A stretch of DNA of 59,513 nucleotides from a virus (taxonomy: Duplodnaviria > Caudoviricetes), in IMG/VR virus record IMGVR_UViG_3300027851_000002, positions 1-59,513 of that record, one strand, 5' to 3'. Shown piece by piece: positions 38,711 through 47,808 of the stretch; the first letter of the stretch is position 1; every line of letters begins with the position of its first letter. The translations under genes were made by a program, and so were the position numbers. Under the pieces are notes generated by a model. The model saw only the letters and a list, made by a program, of their open reading frames with translations, was not told the DNA's origin and made no database searches.

Positions 38711-38941
38711 TTATCCTGCTGTGTCTGAGCAGGTGTGGTCAGTAAGATCCTCAATGGATATTACTTCACTGAGAAAATCCACCGCCTTATCGTATGCTGA
38801 TCGCGCGTTGTTCTCCTCAACGTAAATCCTATGGAACTCATACCAGAAGAAAAGAAACTTTCTTTGAACTTCGTAGTAAGCGATGCCATAAGAGCTTCCT
38901 GATACAATCCGGTATTTATTTCTGTATTTATTCTTTGCCAT
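38711..38941 (-). CDS. Hypothetical protein
   Basis: 'KYRIV...YEVQRKFLFFW' phage family pattern. Confidence 0.6.
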   Translation of the reverse strand: MAKNKYRNKYRIVSGSSYGIAYYEVQRKFLFFWYEFHRIYVEENNARSAYDKAVDFLSEVISIEDLTDHTCSDTAG

Positions 38942-39134
38942 TGTTCAGTCCTTCCAACTTTTCTGGAACCGATACCCATACGCACTTCTGGCTTCTGGGT
39001 AGGTGTTTTTCGCATTGTTCCCTTTTGTCTTGATTGACAACATCCAGATCAATGTTCACCGATAAGGCAATAATAAAAGTTATTACCACTATAATGGCGT
39101 AAACAATTATCTCTCTGTCATTTAGGTCTTGCAT
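38928..39134 (-). CDS. Small membrane protein
   Basis: TM helix plus 'CEKHLPRSQKCV'. Confidence 0.65.
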   Translation of the reverse strand: MQDLNDREIIVYAIIVVITFIIALSVNIDLDVVNQDKREQCEKHLPRSQKCVWVSVPEKLEGLNNGKE

Positions 39135-39146
39135 ATCTTGAAATCC

Positions 39147-39530
39147 TTACCTATTTGTTTCCATCATCCTGACGCAGTATTCAAATCTCTCCATGACCAC
39201 TGAGACAGTGCGAACATTACGCTCCATGTCCGGTTCATCATAAAAACGAACAGGTGGTTGTGAGTCCGCATAGGACTCTTTGAATATTTGCAGGGCAATC
39301 GGCTCAAGCTCTTTACCTACCTGTTTTCCGATCTGGTGGGATATTTCCATCACCGCTCTTTGCAATAATCCGGACTTGTTGAGGTAAGCGTTGAAAGCTT
39401 CCTGTCTTGATTCACGCGACTTGTTCTTATACATGGCCGCGATTCTTTCCTTCTCCAGAACCTCGCCCTCAAGACGCTTTACCTGCTCTCTGTGCCTGCG
39501 CTTCTGGTTTCTTCCGTACCTTTTTGACAT
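39147..39530 (-). CDS. Hypothetical protein
   Basis: 'MSKRYGRNQKRR' phage N-terminal motif. Confidence 0.7.
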   Translation of the reverse strand: MSKRYGRNQKRRHREQVKRLEGEVLEKERIAAMYKNKSRESRQEAFNAYLNKSGLLQRAVMEISHQIGKQVGKELEPIALQIFKESYADSQPPVRFYDEPDMERNVRTVSVVMERFEYCVRMMETNR

Positions 39531-39542
39531 TCCTGTAATTCC

Positions 39543-40583
39543 TTATCTGGCAGCTTGCAGGGCGGCAAGACGTTTCTTATGCTCGTTGTCCACATGATCG
39601 TGCGCGGCCTGAGAAGCGGCCTTGATCTCCTCAAGGTCGGTCGCGTACTCCTGCATAAAGAAGTAAAGGTCTTGTTCGTCCTTTGCGCCATGAATACCGC
39701 GCACCATATCACCGGCTATGCGTTTTATGCGTTGTTCCTGCGTTTCAGAGCCGGTCTGCGTGTTTGGCGCATCTGTCGTGACGGTTTCCGATTTCGTTGC
39801 CTCTACGGGGTCTGTATTGGCTCCTGCGGCAGTTACCACAGGTGTGTTCATTTCCTTGATCTTGCGCCCGACTTCTTCTGAAAGCTGGCCTGCGTTGATA
39901 ATGAACTTTTTCAGCGTTCCATCAGCATCGTTGATACGCTTCATGTCGTTTGACCAATCAGGCCTTCCCTCGCTACCAGATGGCAGAAAAGCGGTCACTT
40001 CCATCTCATACCGGTATTCATCGCCACCAATCATATCCCACTCTTTGATAGGCTCCATTTTGCCCTGAGCATTACGCACTGGCTTGGTTACTTCCTTGGC
40101 GCGGAAGCAGAGGATGATATTTACCGGCAGGCGCTGGATTTTATTGACGATCAGCCTGTTACGCTCGCGTTTCGGCAAAATCCATGCCGCAAACTTCATG
40201 TTTTCGCGCTTTTTCCAATCATCACCTGCCTTTGCTCTCAGGAAATCTTCGTGCATTTCAAGCACCCCGCCTTCTCCTTCATGCTCATGGCTCATGCTGT
40301 CAATGATGATCGTTTCTGCCCCAGCTTTGATTGCGGCCTCGATAGCATCTCCATAGCTGTCTGGGTTGAATGGCGGCTGGAAGTCGATAATGTGGAAGTC
40401 AAAACGCTTCGCATATTTCTCGCTTCTCCTGTTTTCGGTATCGATTACAACAATCTTCCCGCCAATGCCCGTTGCCAGACGTAAGGCAGAAAAGGTTTTC
40501 CCAGACCCAGCGGAACCGACAAGGGCAATTCTTACATAAGTGTTGCCCGGCTCTGCTTTTTTTGTTTCAAATGTTCTTGTCAT
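39543..40583 (-). CDS. AAA_24/Sak4-like recombination ATPase
   Basis: 'GSAGSGKTFSAL', 'IDTE', 'IIIDSMSHEH.G.GG'; next to an exonuclease. Confidence 0.8.
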   Translation of the reverse strand: MTRTFETKKAEPGNTYVRIALVGSAGSGKTFSALRLATGIGGKIVVIDTENRRSEKYAKRFDFHIIDFQPPFNPDSYGDAIEAAIKAGAETIIIDSMSHEHEGEGGVLEMHEDFLRAKAGDDWKKRENMKFAAWILPKRERNRLIVNKIQRLPVNIILCFRAKEVTKPVRNAQGKMEPIKEWDMIGGDEYRYEMEVTAFLPSGSEGRPDWSNDMKRINDADGTLKKFIINAGQLSEEVGRKIKEMNTPVVTAAGANTDPVEATKSETVTTDAPNTQTGSETQEQRIKRIAGDMVRGIHGAKDEQDLYFFMQEYATDLEEIKAASQAAHDHVDNEHKKRLAALQAAR

Positions 40584-40594
40584 GGTTTTTCTCC

Positions 40595-41578
40595 TTAACC
40601 GGCCATAATGTATTCAGGTTCTTGTGTAGGCTGTGCCATACTGGCCTCATCCTTCTCACGCTGAACGGTTTCATCGTGAATGGCTTTATCCAGTTCCCAT
40701 TTCGACAGAATCCACGGCGGCGGGCATGAGTGTGTCGTGTACGGGGATTCACCGCGCCAAACACCGGTTTTGATGCAGTTGATAAAGCGGGCGCGGCCAC
40801 GCATGTAGCGTTCTGCGACATCTTCCTCGTAGCTGCGGTCAATCTCGTATATACGCATCAGGTAAGGCTCTTTCACCTGCTGGACAACATAGATAAACCG
40901 AGCCGGTGCGGAGTCTGGGTGACGTATCATGTCAAGAACTCGCTTGTAGTGGTGTTCCTGATAAAACTTTGTTTTCCACAGCTCGTTCTTTTCCCAATTC
41001 GCAAAATCGATGCCGGTTGTTTTGTAGTCAACGATCAGGTTTTCGTACTTCGATGTATGATCGAGCCAGTCAAAGCGGGCGCGGTTCCAAATCGTGCCAT
41101 CGAAGGCAAAGCCGGATTGTTCCGCCATGCCTTTTTGCATGATCTCCGAATATTCTTTATGTTCAGCGATCTGCTCATGCAGGGCTGTTTTCATTTTGTT
41201 GACATCTTCAAGGATGCTCTGCGTTGACAGGTTCAGGGGGATTTTCCCACGGCTGATGATGTCTGCTTTCAGTTCCTTGGCCTCTTTTGAGCGCCATGCG
41301 TCAACGGCGGCAACTTCAAATTTGCTCTCGCCGCCCAGAAGGATAAAGTCATGGGCTATGTTACCCAGATTGGAAGCGTCTGTTTGCTCTCTTTCCTTTT
41401 TTGGGTTTAGTTTGTTGATGCCCATGCGAGCCTCGATCTCGGTCATTTCAACGAGATCAGATAGCGTTGAAGAAGAAAGGGACGTGCAGTCCTTGAATCC
41501 TTCAAGTTCTGGTGTTGGGTCGCCATGATAGACATCTTCTGGCATACCGTTGATGATACAGTTCTGGGTGATTTGCAT
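40595..41578 (-). CDS. RecE/exonuclease VIII-like PD-(D/E)xK nuclease
   Basis: 'YH.DP...LSSS', 'G..AH...L', 'RARFD', 'VDYKTT', 'Y.Q..HY'. Confidence 0.85.
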   Translation of the reverse strand: MQITQNCIINGMPEDVYHGDPTPELEGFKDCTSLSSSTLSDLVEMTEIEARMGINKLNPKKEREQTDASNLGNIAHDFILLGGESKFEVAAVDAWRSKEAKELKADIISRGKIPLNLSTQSILEDVNKMKTALHEQIAEHKEYSEIMQKGMAEQSGFAFDGTIWNRARFDWLDHTSKYENLIVDYKTTGIDFANWEKNELWKTKFYQEHHYKRVLDMIRHPDSAPARFIYVVQQVKEPYLMRIYEIDRSYEEDVAERYMRGRARFINCIKTGVWRGESPYTTHSCPPPWILSKWELDKAIHDETVQREKDEASMAQPTQEPEYIMAG

Positions 41579-41599
41579 TTTTATCTCCTTGGTTAAAAA

Positions 41600-41875
41600 G
41601 TTGCTGTCTCTCCAGCTGTCAAGCACTTTAAACGCCATAGCTTGGGCGAACCACCGACATATCTGGGCCTTATTCGGCGGCTTACTTATACTCGCAGTTC
41701 CCGTGTCATAGGGTGACGGAGCCAAGCCCAGAGTAACTTCGGGGAGGTGAACTCAATCTTTGGACGCTCCCCACGCCCTCGACACTTCATGTCGGCTATC
41801 CTGATATTCCTACCAGTCTCTACCAGTTGTTAAATCACGTCCTCGGTATCAGCTGACGTTTCCCTTTCGGGAACT
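41600..41875 (-). ncRNA. Candidate structured RNA between the tRNA and the exonuclease gene
   Basis: Multiple hairpins (GAAA tetraloop), G.U pairs favouring the minus strand, possible pseudoknot. Confidence 0.55.
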
Positions 41876-41952
41876 TGGTGGTCGCAGAGGGATTTGAACC
41901 CCCGACCAGACCGTTATGAGCGGCCAGCTCTAACCAACTGAGCTATACGACC
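41876..41952 (-). tRNA. tRNA with CAU anticodon (Ile2/lysidine type more likely than Met)
   Basis: GGTCGTATAGCTCAGTTGGTTAGAGCTGGCCGCTCATAACGGTCTGGTCGGGGGTTCAAATCCCTCTGCGACCACCA; full cloverleaf with encoded CCA. Confidence 0.93.
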
Positions 41953-41972
41953 TGTAATTACCAATTTAGGTC

Positions 41973-41992
41973 ATTGACGATTAAAAGTCAAT
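41973..41992. promoter_or_regulatory. 20-bp palindromic operator/-35 element, copy 1 (tRNA promoter)
   Basis: ATTGACGATTAAAAGTCAAT; minus strand TTGACT-17-TAAATT. Confidence 0.65.
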
Positions 41993-43382
41993 ACTTAATC
42001 GAAACGTGTGGAAGCTTGCCCTGAGCAATAGCGGTAACAATAGCTTTTGCCAGCTCTGGGGTCAGCGCAGGGTTGTTAAGGTCTGTCAGACCTTTCAGCA
42101 CTGCGTTGTGAACCTTGGACTTGTTTGCCTGATCGGCGGCACGGGAAGCTTCGGCCTCAAGCTCTTTCTTTTTCTCTGCCGCAGCTCGGTCACGCTCCGC
42201 CTGTGCCGCACGGTCGGCGGCTTCTTTATCTGCCTTAGCTTTTGCTTCTTCCTCTGCCTTAACGATAAGTGCATGGGTATCGATCAGAGATTTTTCGAGA
42301 TCGCTAAAAGCCTTATTGGCCTTCTTGTCGAACTCCTGCCATTCACGGTGATGGATAGCCCTGAGTGTGTCGATGCGTGACTGGACAAGCTGAGAGCTGA
42401 TCTGTCCGTCAGGAATCTTGGCAATCTCGGCCATTTTTTCCAAGGCGTGATAATGCCCATGCAATCTATCATCTTCTGCCTTCTTAGCTGCGGCCTCCGC
42501 CTGCTCTTTTTCAGCACGTAAACGATCTTGTTCTTCCTTGGCCTTGCGATCTGCTTCGGCCTTTTCCTTTGCAGCCTTTTCTTCCGCCTCTTTGCGGGCT
42601 CGGTCGGCGGCTTCCTTGGCAATGGCTTCGTCACGCTCTTTTTGTTCACGCTCCGACTGCTTCTTGCGAAGTTCCTCAAGCTCGGCTTGCTCTTTTTCTG
42701 ATTTCTCGCGCTCGGCCAGCAATGCTTTCAGGTTTTCGTTTGTTTTTTCAAAGACCTGATCTGCAATTTTGGAAAACTCCTGCCATTGGCGATCATTATA
42801 CAGGCTCTTGATTTTATCAAGGCGCTCAAGAACATCAGCGGATGATGGCGTTTTCGCGAAATCAAAGAGCATTTCCGACTCCATGTCGGCCAGTGCTTTT
42901 TTGTGGCCATCGACACGGTTCTTCTCAATTTCATTGTACTGTTTTCGTGGAGCCAGAACTTCATTTCGGATAGCATCCATCTCTTTTTCCATGCGGGTGG
43001 TTTCGGATGTAACGGCCTTTGTTTTCTTGCGCCAGTCCTCCGTCAACCCTTGAGCGATTTTCTTTACCTCGGATTTTGCCGAGCCGATCTGGCGGGCAAC
43101 GGAGCCTATACGCCGCCGACCCTCCTCCGTGGTCACATCGAAAAGCTCTGACTTTGCCAGTTTGCGAACTTTATCAATAAATGGGTCAAGGCCATTTTCC
43201 TTGAAAAGAGCGGGTTCGATCTCTTTCGCCGTAATCTCGATGATGGATACGGCTGTGCCGGTTGCCTCATCTGATTCTTCTTGATCGTTTACTTGTGATT
43301 CTTTTACCTGCGCCGCTACCGTAACGGTCTCTTTCTCGTCTTTCGGTTCGGGCTTATAGTCCATGGTTTGTTGTGCAGTCAT
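41988..43382 (-). CDS. Long coiled-coil phage protein
   Basis: AAGGAG RBS; 'DVTT.EGR..I.S.A..I...K' N-terminal motif and EAK-rich repeats. Confidence 0.8.
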   Translation of the reverse strand: MTAQQTMDYKPEPKDEKETVTVAAQVKESQVNDQEESDEATGTAVSIIEITAKEIEPALFKENGLDPFIDKVRKLAKSELFDVTTEEGRRRIGSVARQIGSAKSEVKKIAQGLTEDWRKKTKAVTSETTRMEKEMDAIRNEVLAPRKQYNEIEKNRVDGHKKALADMESEMLFDFAKTPSSADVLERLDKIKSLYNDRQWQEFSKIADQVFEKTNENLKALLAEREKSEKEQAELEELRKKQSEREQKERDEAIAKEAADRARKEAEEKAAKEKAEADRKAKEEQDRLRAEKEQAEAAAKKAEDDRLHGHYHALEKMAEIAKIPDGQISSQLVQSRIDTLRAIHHREWQEFDKKANKAFSDLEKSLIDTHALIVKAEEEAKAKADKEAADRAAQAERDRAAAEKKKELEAEASRAADQANKSKVHNAVLKGLTDLNNPALTPELAKAIVTAIAQGKLPHVSIKY

Positions 43383-43429
43383 GCTATGTCTCCTTGGTTT
43401 GCATTTTTGACAGTTATTACTTTTATTGT

Positions 43430-43473
43430 ATTGCTTTATATAAGTCAATGCAAATTGTTTTTTAATGGTCAAT
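43430..43473. promoter_or_regulatory. Tandem 20-bp operators (copies 2 and 3) in the divergent control region
   Basis: ATTGCTTTATATAAGTCAAT (43430-43449) and ATTGTTTTTTAATGGTCAAT (43454-43473). Confidence 0.6.
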
Positions 43474-43653
43474 ACAAGGCCATTGACTTTCGGGGCGTTT
43501 TGAAAATATCATGGAGGTAGGGTGGTCGGCGTGAATCGCACCAACAGCGTGAACACACGCGAAACGACACTCCGTTGAAAAAACAAGGTGATGAAATCAG
43601 GACGCTGAAAGTAAAACCCTTGCACCACCCCAACTAAAATAAGGATTTTAAAA

Positions 43654-43905
43654 ATGAGCAAAGACCCAGAAACACGCTTCGAGGACATCCAGAATCGGCT
43701 TTCTATAGCTGATACTTGGTCAGGTCGAATTGAAAAGCTTGTGAACAAGCGTCTGAAAAAAGACCCTTCATACAGTGAGGCAAAATTCTGTGAGAAGTAT
43801 AAATTTGACAAAGGTTTCTTCAACAGAGTTAAGAACGTGAAAGTTATCCCGACCCAAAAAACCGTTAATAAAATAGAAGCAGCTCTAAAAAAAGAGCGGG
43901 TTTAA
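43654..43905 (+). CDS. HTH-like regulator
   Basis: 83 aa; 'EAKFCEKYKFDKGFFNRVKN..VIPTQKTVNKIE' Cro/XRE-like. Confidence 0.55.
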   Translation: MSKDPETRFEDIQNRLSIADTWSGRIEKLVNKRLKKDPSYSEAKFCEKYKFDKGFFNRVKNVKVIPTQKTVNKIEAALKKERV

Positions 43906-43912
43906 AAAACCC

Positions 43913-43941
43913 TTGACCGTTCAATATATAAAACGGTATAA
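43913..43941 (+). promoter_or_regulatory. Sigma70 promoter with internal palindrome
   Basis: TTGACC-17-TATAAG; ACCGTT..AACGGT inverted repeat in the spacer. Confidence 0.6.
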
Positions 43942-43970
43942 GTTTGTTATATTGAACGCAGGGGGATAAA

Positions 43971-44198
43971 TTGTCTCAGAATAAAGACCCAGAAAAGACA
44001 GCGGAAACGTTGCAACTGACAGAGATCATCAGGACTTGGCCGGATAGGATGAGCCGCGCAGGAAAGACGTTATCTCAGGCCGCTAACGAATCTGGCCTGA
44101 AAAAAGGCCAACTTTCCCAATACATAAATTTCAAGAACAGCCCCACAATCAAGCCCTTTGAGGCATTTGAAAACTATCTTCGCGGATTGGGGGTATAA
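43971..44198 (+). CDS. XRE/Cro-like HTH regulator
   Basis: 'GKTLSQAANESGLKKGQLSQYIN....PTI'. Confidence 0.75.
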   Translation: MSQNKDPEKTAETLQLTEIIRTWPDRMSRAGKTLSQAANESGLKKGQLSQYINFKNSPTIKPFEAFENYLRGLGV

Positions 44199-44200
44199 TC

Positions 44201-44989
44201 ATGGCACTTCAATGGTTTAGGTATCATGCAGAGGTTTTGGACAATAAACGCGTCCAGCGCCTGCCCGCCGATCTTTTCAAGGTCTGGGTAAACTGCCAGT
44301 GTATCTTGACACAGGAGAATGTCGGTTCATCCGGCAAGCTCCCCCCCATGGATGAGTGCGCTTTCAGGCTTCGGAAATCGGTCGAGGAGACCGTTATCGC
44401 CTTTGATGCGCTGGTCGATGCAGGCCTGTTTCTGAAACGCAATGAAACGGTAAGTGAAACAAAATCGACCGTTTCATGTAACAAAAATGAAACGCTTTTC
44501 TCTGAACAAAAAACTGACTATTTCGTAAAAGGATGGGGAAATAAACAATATAAGTCAGACACTTCCACAGATAGAGTGAAACGTTTCAGGGAACGTTCCA
44601 AAACCGTTACTGAAACGCCCCCAGATACAGATACAGACTCAGAAGTATTATTACCTACCGGTAATAATACAGCGCGAGGTCGCGCCAACATTTCTTGCCC
44701 GCCTGATGTGGATGAGAAGGTGTGGGCAGATTTCATGCTTATCAGGAAGAAGAAAAAAGCCCCAATGACCGATACCGCTCTGGAAGGCTTGCAGAGGGAA
44801 GCCTCGAAGGCGGGAATATTCCTGAATGATGCGCTGCGGGAGTGCTGCGCCCGTGGCTGGCAGGGATTCAAGGCTGAATGGATGAAAAACGACAATGCAC
44901 AAGGAGACAGAAATGCAAAAAACGGAAATGGCAAATCGCAACGTGCCAGAGAAGCTGCCCTTAGAGGCGCAGGAATTGACCCTATCTGA
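44201..44989 (+). CDS. Replication initiator protein (lambda O/DUF1376-like)
   Basis: 'WFRY', 'STDRVKRFRER', 'DTDTD', C-terminal 'W.DF...RK.KKAP.T..A...GWQGF'. Confidence 0.75.
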   Translation: MALQWFRYHAEVLDNKRVQRLPADLFKVWVNCQCILTQENVGSSGKLPPMDECAFRLRKSVEETVIAFDALVDAGLFLKRNETVSETKSTVSCNKNETLFSEQKTDYFVKGWGNKQYKSDTSTDRVKRFRERSKTVTETPPDTDTDSEVLLPTGNNTARGRANISCPPDVDEKVWADFMLIRKKKKAPMTDTALEGLQREASKAGIFLNDALRECCARGWQGFKAEWMKNDNAQGDRNAKNGNGKSQRAREAALRGAGIDPI

Positions 44990-45374
44990 GAGCAGTAAGG
45001 CGCGGGGGCAGATGGCGCTTATGGTTTCTCAGTGCTTTGACGCGCTGCGTCAATACGGAAAAGAACCTGAGCAGGTCGAGGGGGTGGTGCGCCTGTTCAG
45101 CCTTGTTCTGGCTCCATATTCCATGAAACAGATCAGTCAGGCCTTCTCCGTTTACCTGTCCAGATATTCCGAAATGCCAACGCCTGCCGATATTGCCCAG
45201 ATCATCCGGCGCGGCGGCAAGCCACCCTTTGAGAAATCCGTGTACGTAGCCCTGTGCCAGAAGCGGGAGAGAACATCTTTTGTGGATGCCGGTTATCACG
45301 GAAACGGCCTGTCAACCGAGGAGGAAGATTACATAAAAGAATACGAGCGTGATGCTCTTGGCAAGGACGGATAG
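44895..45374 (+). CDS. Putative helicase loader-like replication protein (start uncertain)
   Basis: Follows the initiator; 'MPTPADI' motif. Confidence 0.5.
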   Translation: MHKETEMQKTEMANRNVPEKLPLEAQELTLSESSKARGQMALMVSQCFDALRQYGKEPEQVEGVVRLFSLVLAPYSMKQISQAFSVYLSRYSEMPTPADIAQIIRRGGKPPFEKSVYVALCQKRERTSFVDAGYHGNGLSTEEEDYIKEYERDALGKDG

Positions 45375-45520
45375 AAAACAAAGACGTAAACGCCGGAAAT
45401 TTGGACTGTGGGAGGGTTGAAAGGGGTATATCAGCGGCACGACTACCTGAGATAGGCCAAAACGCCTCTAACCCCCCTTAAAATCGTTTTTTGACAAAAT
45501 CAGAGAAAGGGAACTATAAA

Positions 45521-46006
45521 ATGCACGATATGAAAAACACAGCCCCCTATGCGCGGGGCAACGAAGCATCGCGTCTGGCCGCACATGGCATCGAACACAG
45601 ACTTACCGGAATAAGATCGGATGTCTTTGATTTCATTGTTTCACGGGAAACATACGGCGCAACAAATTCAGAAATAGCCGAAGGCCTGTCAATGATGCGG
45701 GATAATACCCAGCCGCGCACTTCCGAGCTGCGGGAAGCCGGATACATCGAGAGCAAAGGGAAAATGAGGCTCAACGGCAATGGCCGGAACGAAACGGTAT
45801 GGGTGGCCTGCCAGTCCGTTCCTGCCGGTGAATGGCAGGCGGTCAAGAAAAAGGCCGCTCCGGTCAAAGAGCAGGCCGAACAGGCGCAATCCGGTCTTTG
45901 GGTGTTTGATGATGTCCTGCGCCGCAACCCCCATCTCAGAAACACGTTTCGGATGTCTGAAATCAGTATCATCCGGGCAGACCTTGCTAAGGCCGAAGGG
46001 GTATAG
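45521..46006 (+). CDS. Winged-HTH protein
   Basis: 'GAT..EIA..L....QPRTSEL...G.I...G..R....GR...VW'. Confidence 0.7.
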   Translation: MHDMKNTAPYARGNEASRLAAHGIEHRLTGIRSDVFDFIVSRETYGATNSEIAEGLSMMRDNTQPRTSELREAGYIESKGKMRLNGNGRNETVWVACQSVPAGEWQAVKKKAAPVKEQAEQAQSGLWVFDDVLRRNPHLRNTFRMSEISIIRADLAKAEGV

Positions 46007-46010
46007 GGAT

Positions 46011-46778
46011 ATGCCTGATTTTTATTACCAGATAAAAGCGAAAACAGGACGTAATGACGAGTTCATGCGCTGGAGCTGGCCTCCGGTATTTTCTGGAATG
46101 GTGAGCGCCGCCGACAAGAAGCAGGCTCGCGCACTGGTTGACGATGAGTATGGACAAAAATTCCCGATGCGTGTTCTGCAAAAGGACATTGATAGTGCCG
46201 AGTTCTTGCTTAATATTTTCGAGGTGCGTCCGGAAGATGATCGAACCCGTGGCCTGTTCGAGATCCGTTCATGCAAGCAATGCGGCGGCGGGTTCCGTGT
46301 CATAGATCATTACAACAACTGGATACAAAGATATTCAGGGCGTGATTTTTGTTCGGATGATTGCAAGGAAAGCTATGTCAAAGAACATGACAGTGCATTG
46401 TTCAGCAATGCGTCCAACAGTACACATCCCCCTGTGATTTACCGCATAACCCACCAAGATACAGGAATGTCTTATGTCGGGCAGACCACGCAGGCTTTCA
46501 CGCTTCGCTGGTGGCAGCATTTCTTTCATGGCACCGATACCAAGTTCCATCGAGCTATCGAGGAAAGCTCCATGACGGATTGGGTGTTTCAGGTAATCGA
46601 GGTCATAGATCGTAAAGCGGTACCGGATGGAATGATTCTTTCTGACCATATCAGGGAACGAGAGCAACACTGGATAAACCATCTGGATACGATTGCCAGA
46701 GGGTACAACACGGCAACATCGCGCCGCCGTGAAGAAGAACTTCAAATGATGGAATTTATTGAACAAGAAAGGGCTTAA
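46011..46778 (+). CDS. GIY-YIG nuclease with N-terminal Zn-finger region
   Basis: 'VIYRITH..TG.SYVGQT...RW.QH...RE..WI...GYN'; 'C..CG..F...FCS..C'. Confidence 0.85.
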   Translation: MPDFYYQIKAKTGRNDEFMRWSWPPVFSGMVSAADKKQARALVDDEYGQKFPMRVLQKDIDSAEFLLNIFEVRPEDDRTRGLFEIRSCKQCGGGFRVIDHYNNWIQRYSGRDFCSDDCKESYVKEHDSALFSNASNSTHPPVIYRITHQDTGMSYVGQTTQAFTLRWWQHFFHGTDTKFHRAIEESSMTDWVFQVIEVIDRKAVPDGMILSDHIREREQHWINHLDTIARGYNTATSRRREEELQMMEFIEQERA

Positions 46779-46780
46779 AA

Positions 46781-47137
46781 TTGACCAAGTATTATCACGG
46801 TGGCCGCAGAGGCCTCACCCACCTTCTTCCGCCCAGCAAAACGGAACAACCCTGTGCCAATGATTACGTTGGCCGTGTAAATCCTATGCTGGCGCGTAAA
46901 GACCGCGTTTACATCACAACTGACATGGACTGTGCCTTGCTGTTTGCAGCCTTCGACCCCAGCGGAAAGGGAGTGGTGTACGAGGTAGAGCCGGTCGGGG
47001 AGGTTGAGATCGATCCCGATTATCTTGGGGAAGATAAAATTTCCTTCCAATGCGGCGAGGCAAAAGTAATCCGTGTGGCGAAAAAACCATCCGGCCACGT
47101 TCTGAAAAAAATCCGCAAAGAAATGATGAAACCGTAA
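46781..47137 (+). CDS. Arr-like ADP-ribosyltransferase
   Basis: 'YYHGG...LLPP', 'VYITTD..A..FA', 'VYEVEP.G..E.DPD'. Confidence 0.7.
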   Translation: MTKYYHGGRRGLTHLLPPSKTEQPCANDYVGRVNPMLARKDRVYITTDMDCALLFAAFDPSGKGVVYEVEPVGEVEIDPDYLGEDKISFQCGEAKVIRVAKKPSGHVLKKIRKEMMKP

Positions 47138-47151
47138 AGGAAAGCCAAAAA

Positions 47152-47808
47152 ATGCAAAAATCAAGACCGGTACTATTCAGCCGTGAAATGTCTCTGGCGG
47201 TTCTCGATGGCAGAAAAAACCAGACCCGCAGAGCCGACAAGGATACGCATAGCCCAGAGTTTACATGGAACGGGCGTATGTTCACCCACCCAAGGGGGTT
47301 TGTGCTGTCAAAAAAATGTCCCTACGGTTCAGTTGGTGATTATCTCTGGGTTCGGGAAGAACATTATCGCTTCGGGCATTGGGAGCCAGTTGAAGGTGTT
47401 CTGACCAAAGGTGGCAAACAGAAGTGGAAGTTCGTTGCAGACCATGAAACCGTTTGCTTCGATCCACCCGCCCTTCACCGAAAAAGCATGAACAAGAAAA
47501 CACCTGAACTTCCGTCATGGTACAAACGCATTGCCCGGTTCATGCCGAAGTCACTGAGCCGGACAACGCTGGAGATCACAGGAGTCCGGTATGAACGCCT
47601 GCACGAGATAAGCGAGGAAGATGCCCGTGATGAAGGGTGCGAAATGGTTGGTGTAGAGACCGGAGAGATCGGTTATACCGGACATCCGATTGAGGTTGGC
47701 AGCTATTCGGCCTGTTTCTATGAACTCTGGGAATCTATCAACGGCGCGGGCTCATGGGACGCAAACCCGTTTGTCTGGGTTATAGACTTCAAGCAGGTGC
47801 GGCCATGA
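47152..47808 (+). CDS. ASCH-like phage protein
   Basis: 'PVLFS..M..A.LDGRK.QTRR', 'CPYG..GD.LWVRE', 'FMP...SR..LEIT.VR.ERL..I', 'W..NP.VWV'. Confidence 0.75.
   Translation: MQKSRPVLFSREMSLAVLDGRKNQTRRADKDTHSPEFTWNGRMFTHPRGFVLSKKCPYGSVGDYLWVREEHYRFGHWEPVEGVLTKGGKQKWKFVADHETVCFDPPALHRKSMNKKTPELPSWYKRIARFMPKSLSRTTLEITGVRYERLHEISEEDARDEGCEMVGVETGEIGYTGHPIEVGSYSACFYELWESINGAGSWDANPFVWVIDFKQVRP

Noticed and set aside
41820-41875. Theta/HDV-like or hammerhead ribozyme behind the tRNA
   Set aside because: CUGAU and GAAA elements are present, but not in hammerhead order, and I could not build the HDV nested pseudoknot by eye
41988-43382. TolA homologue
   Set aside because: Similarity is only low-complexity EAK coiled coil; no TM anchor
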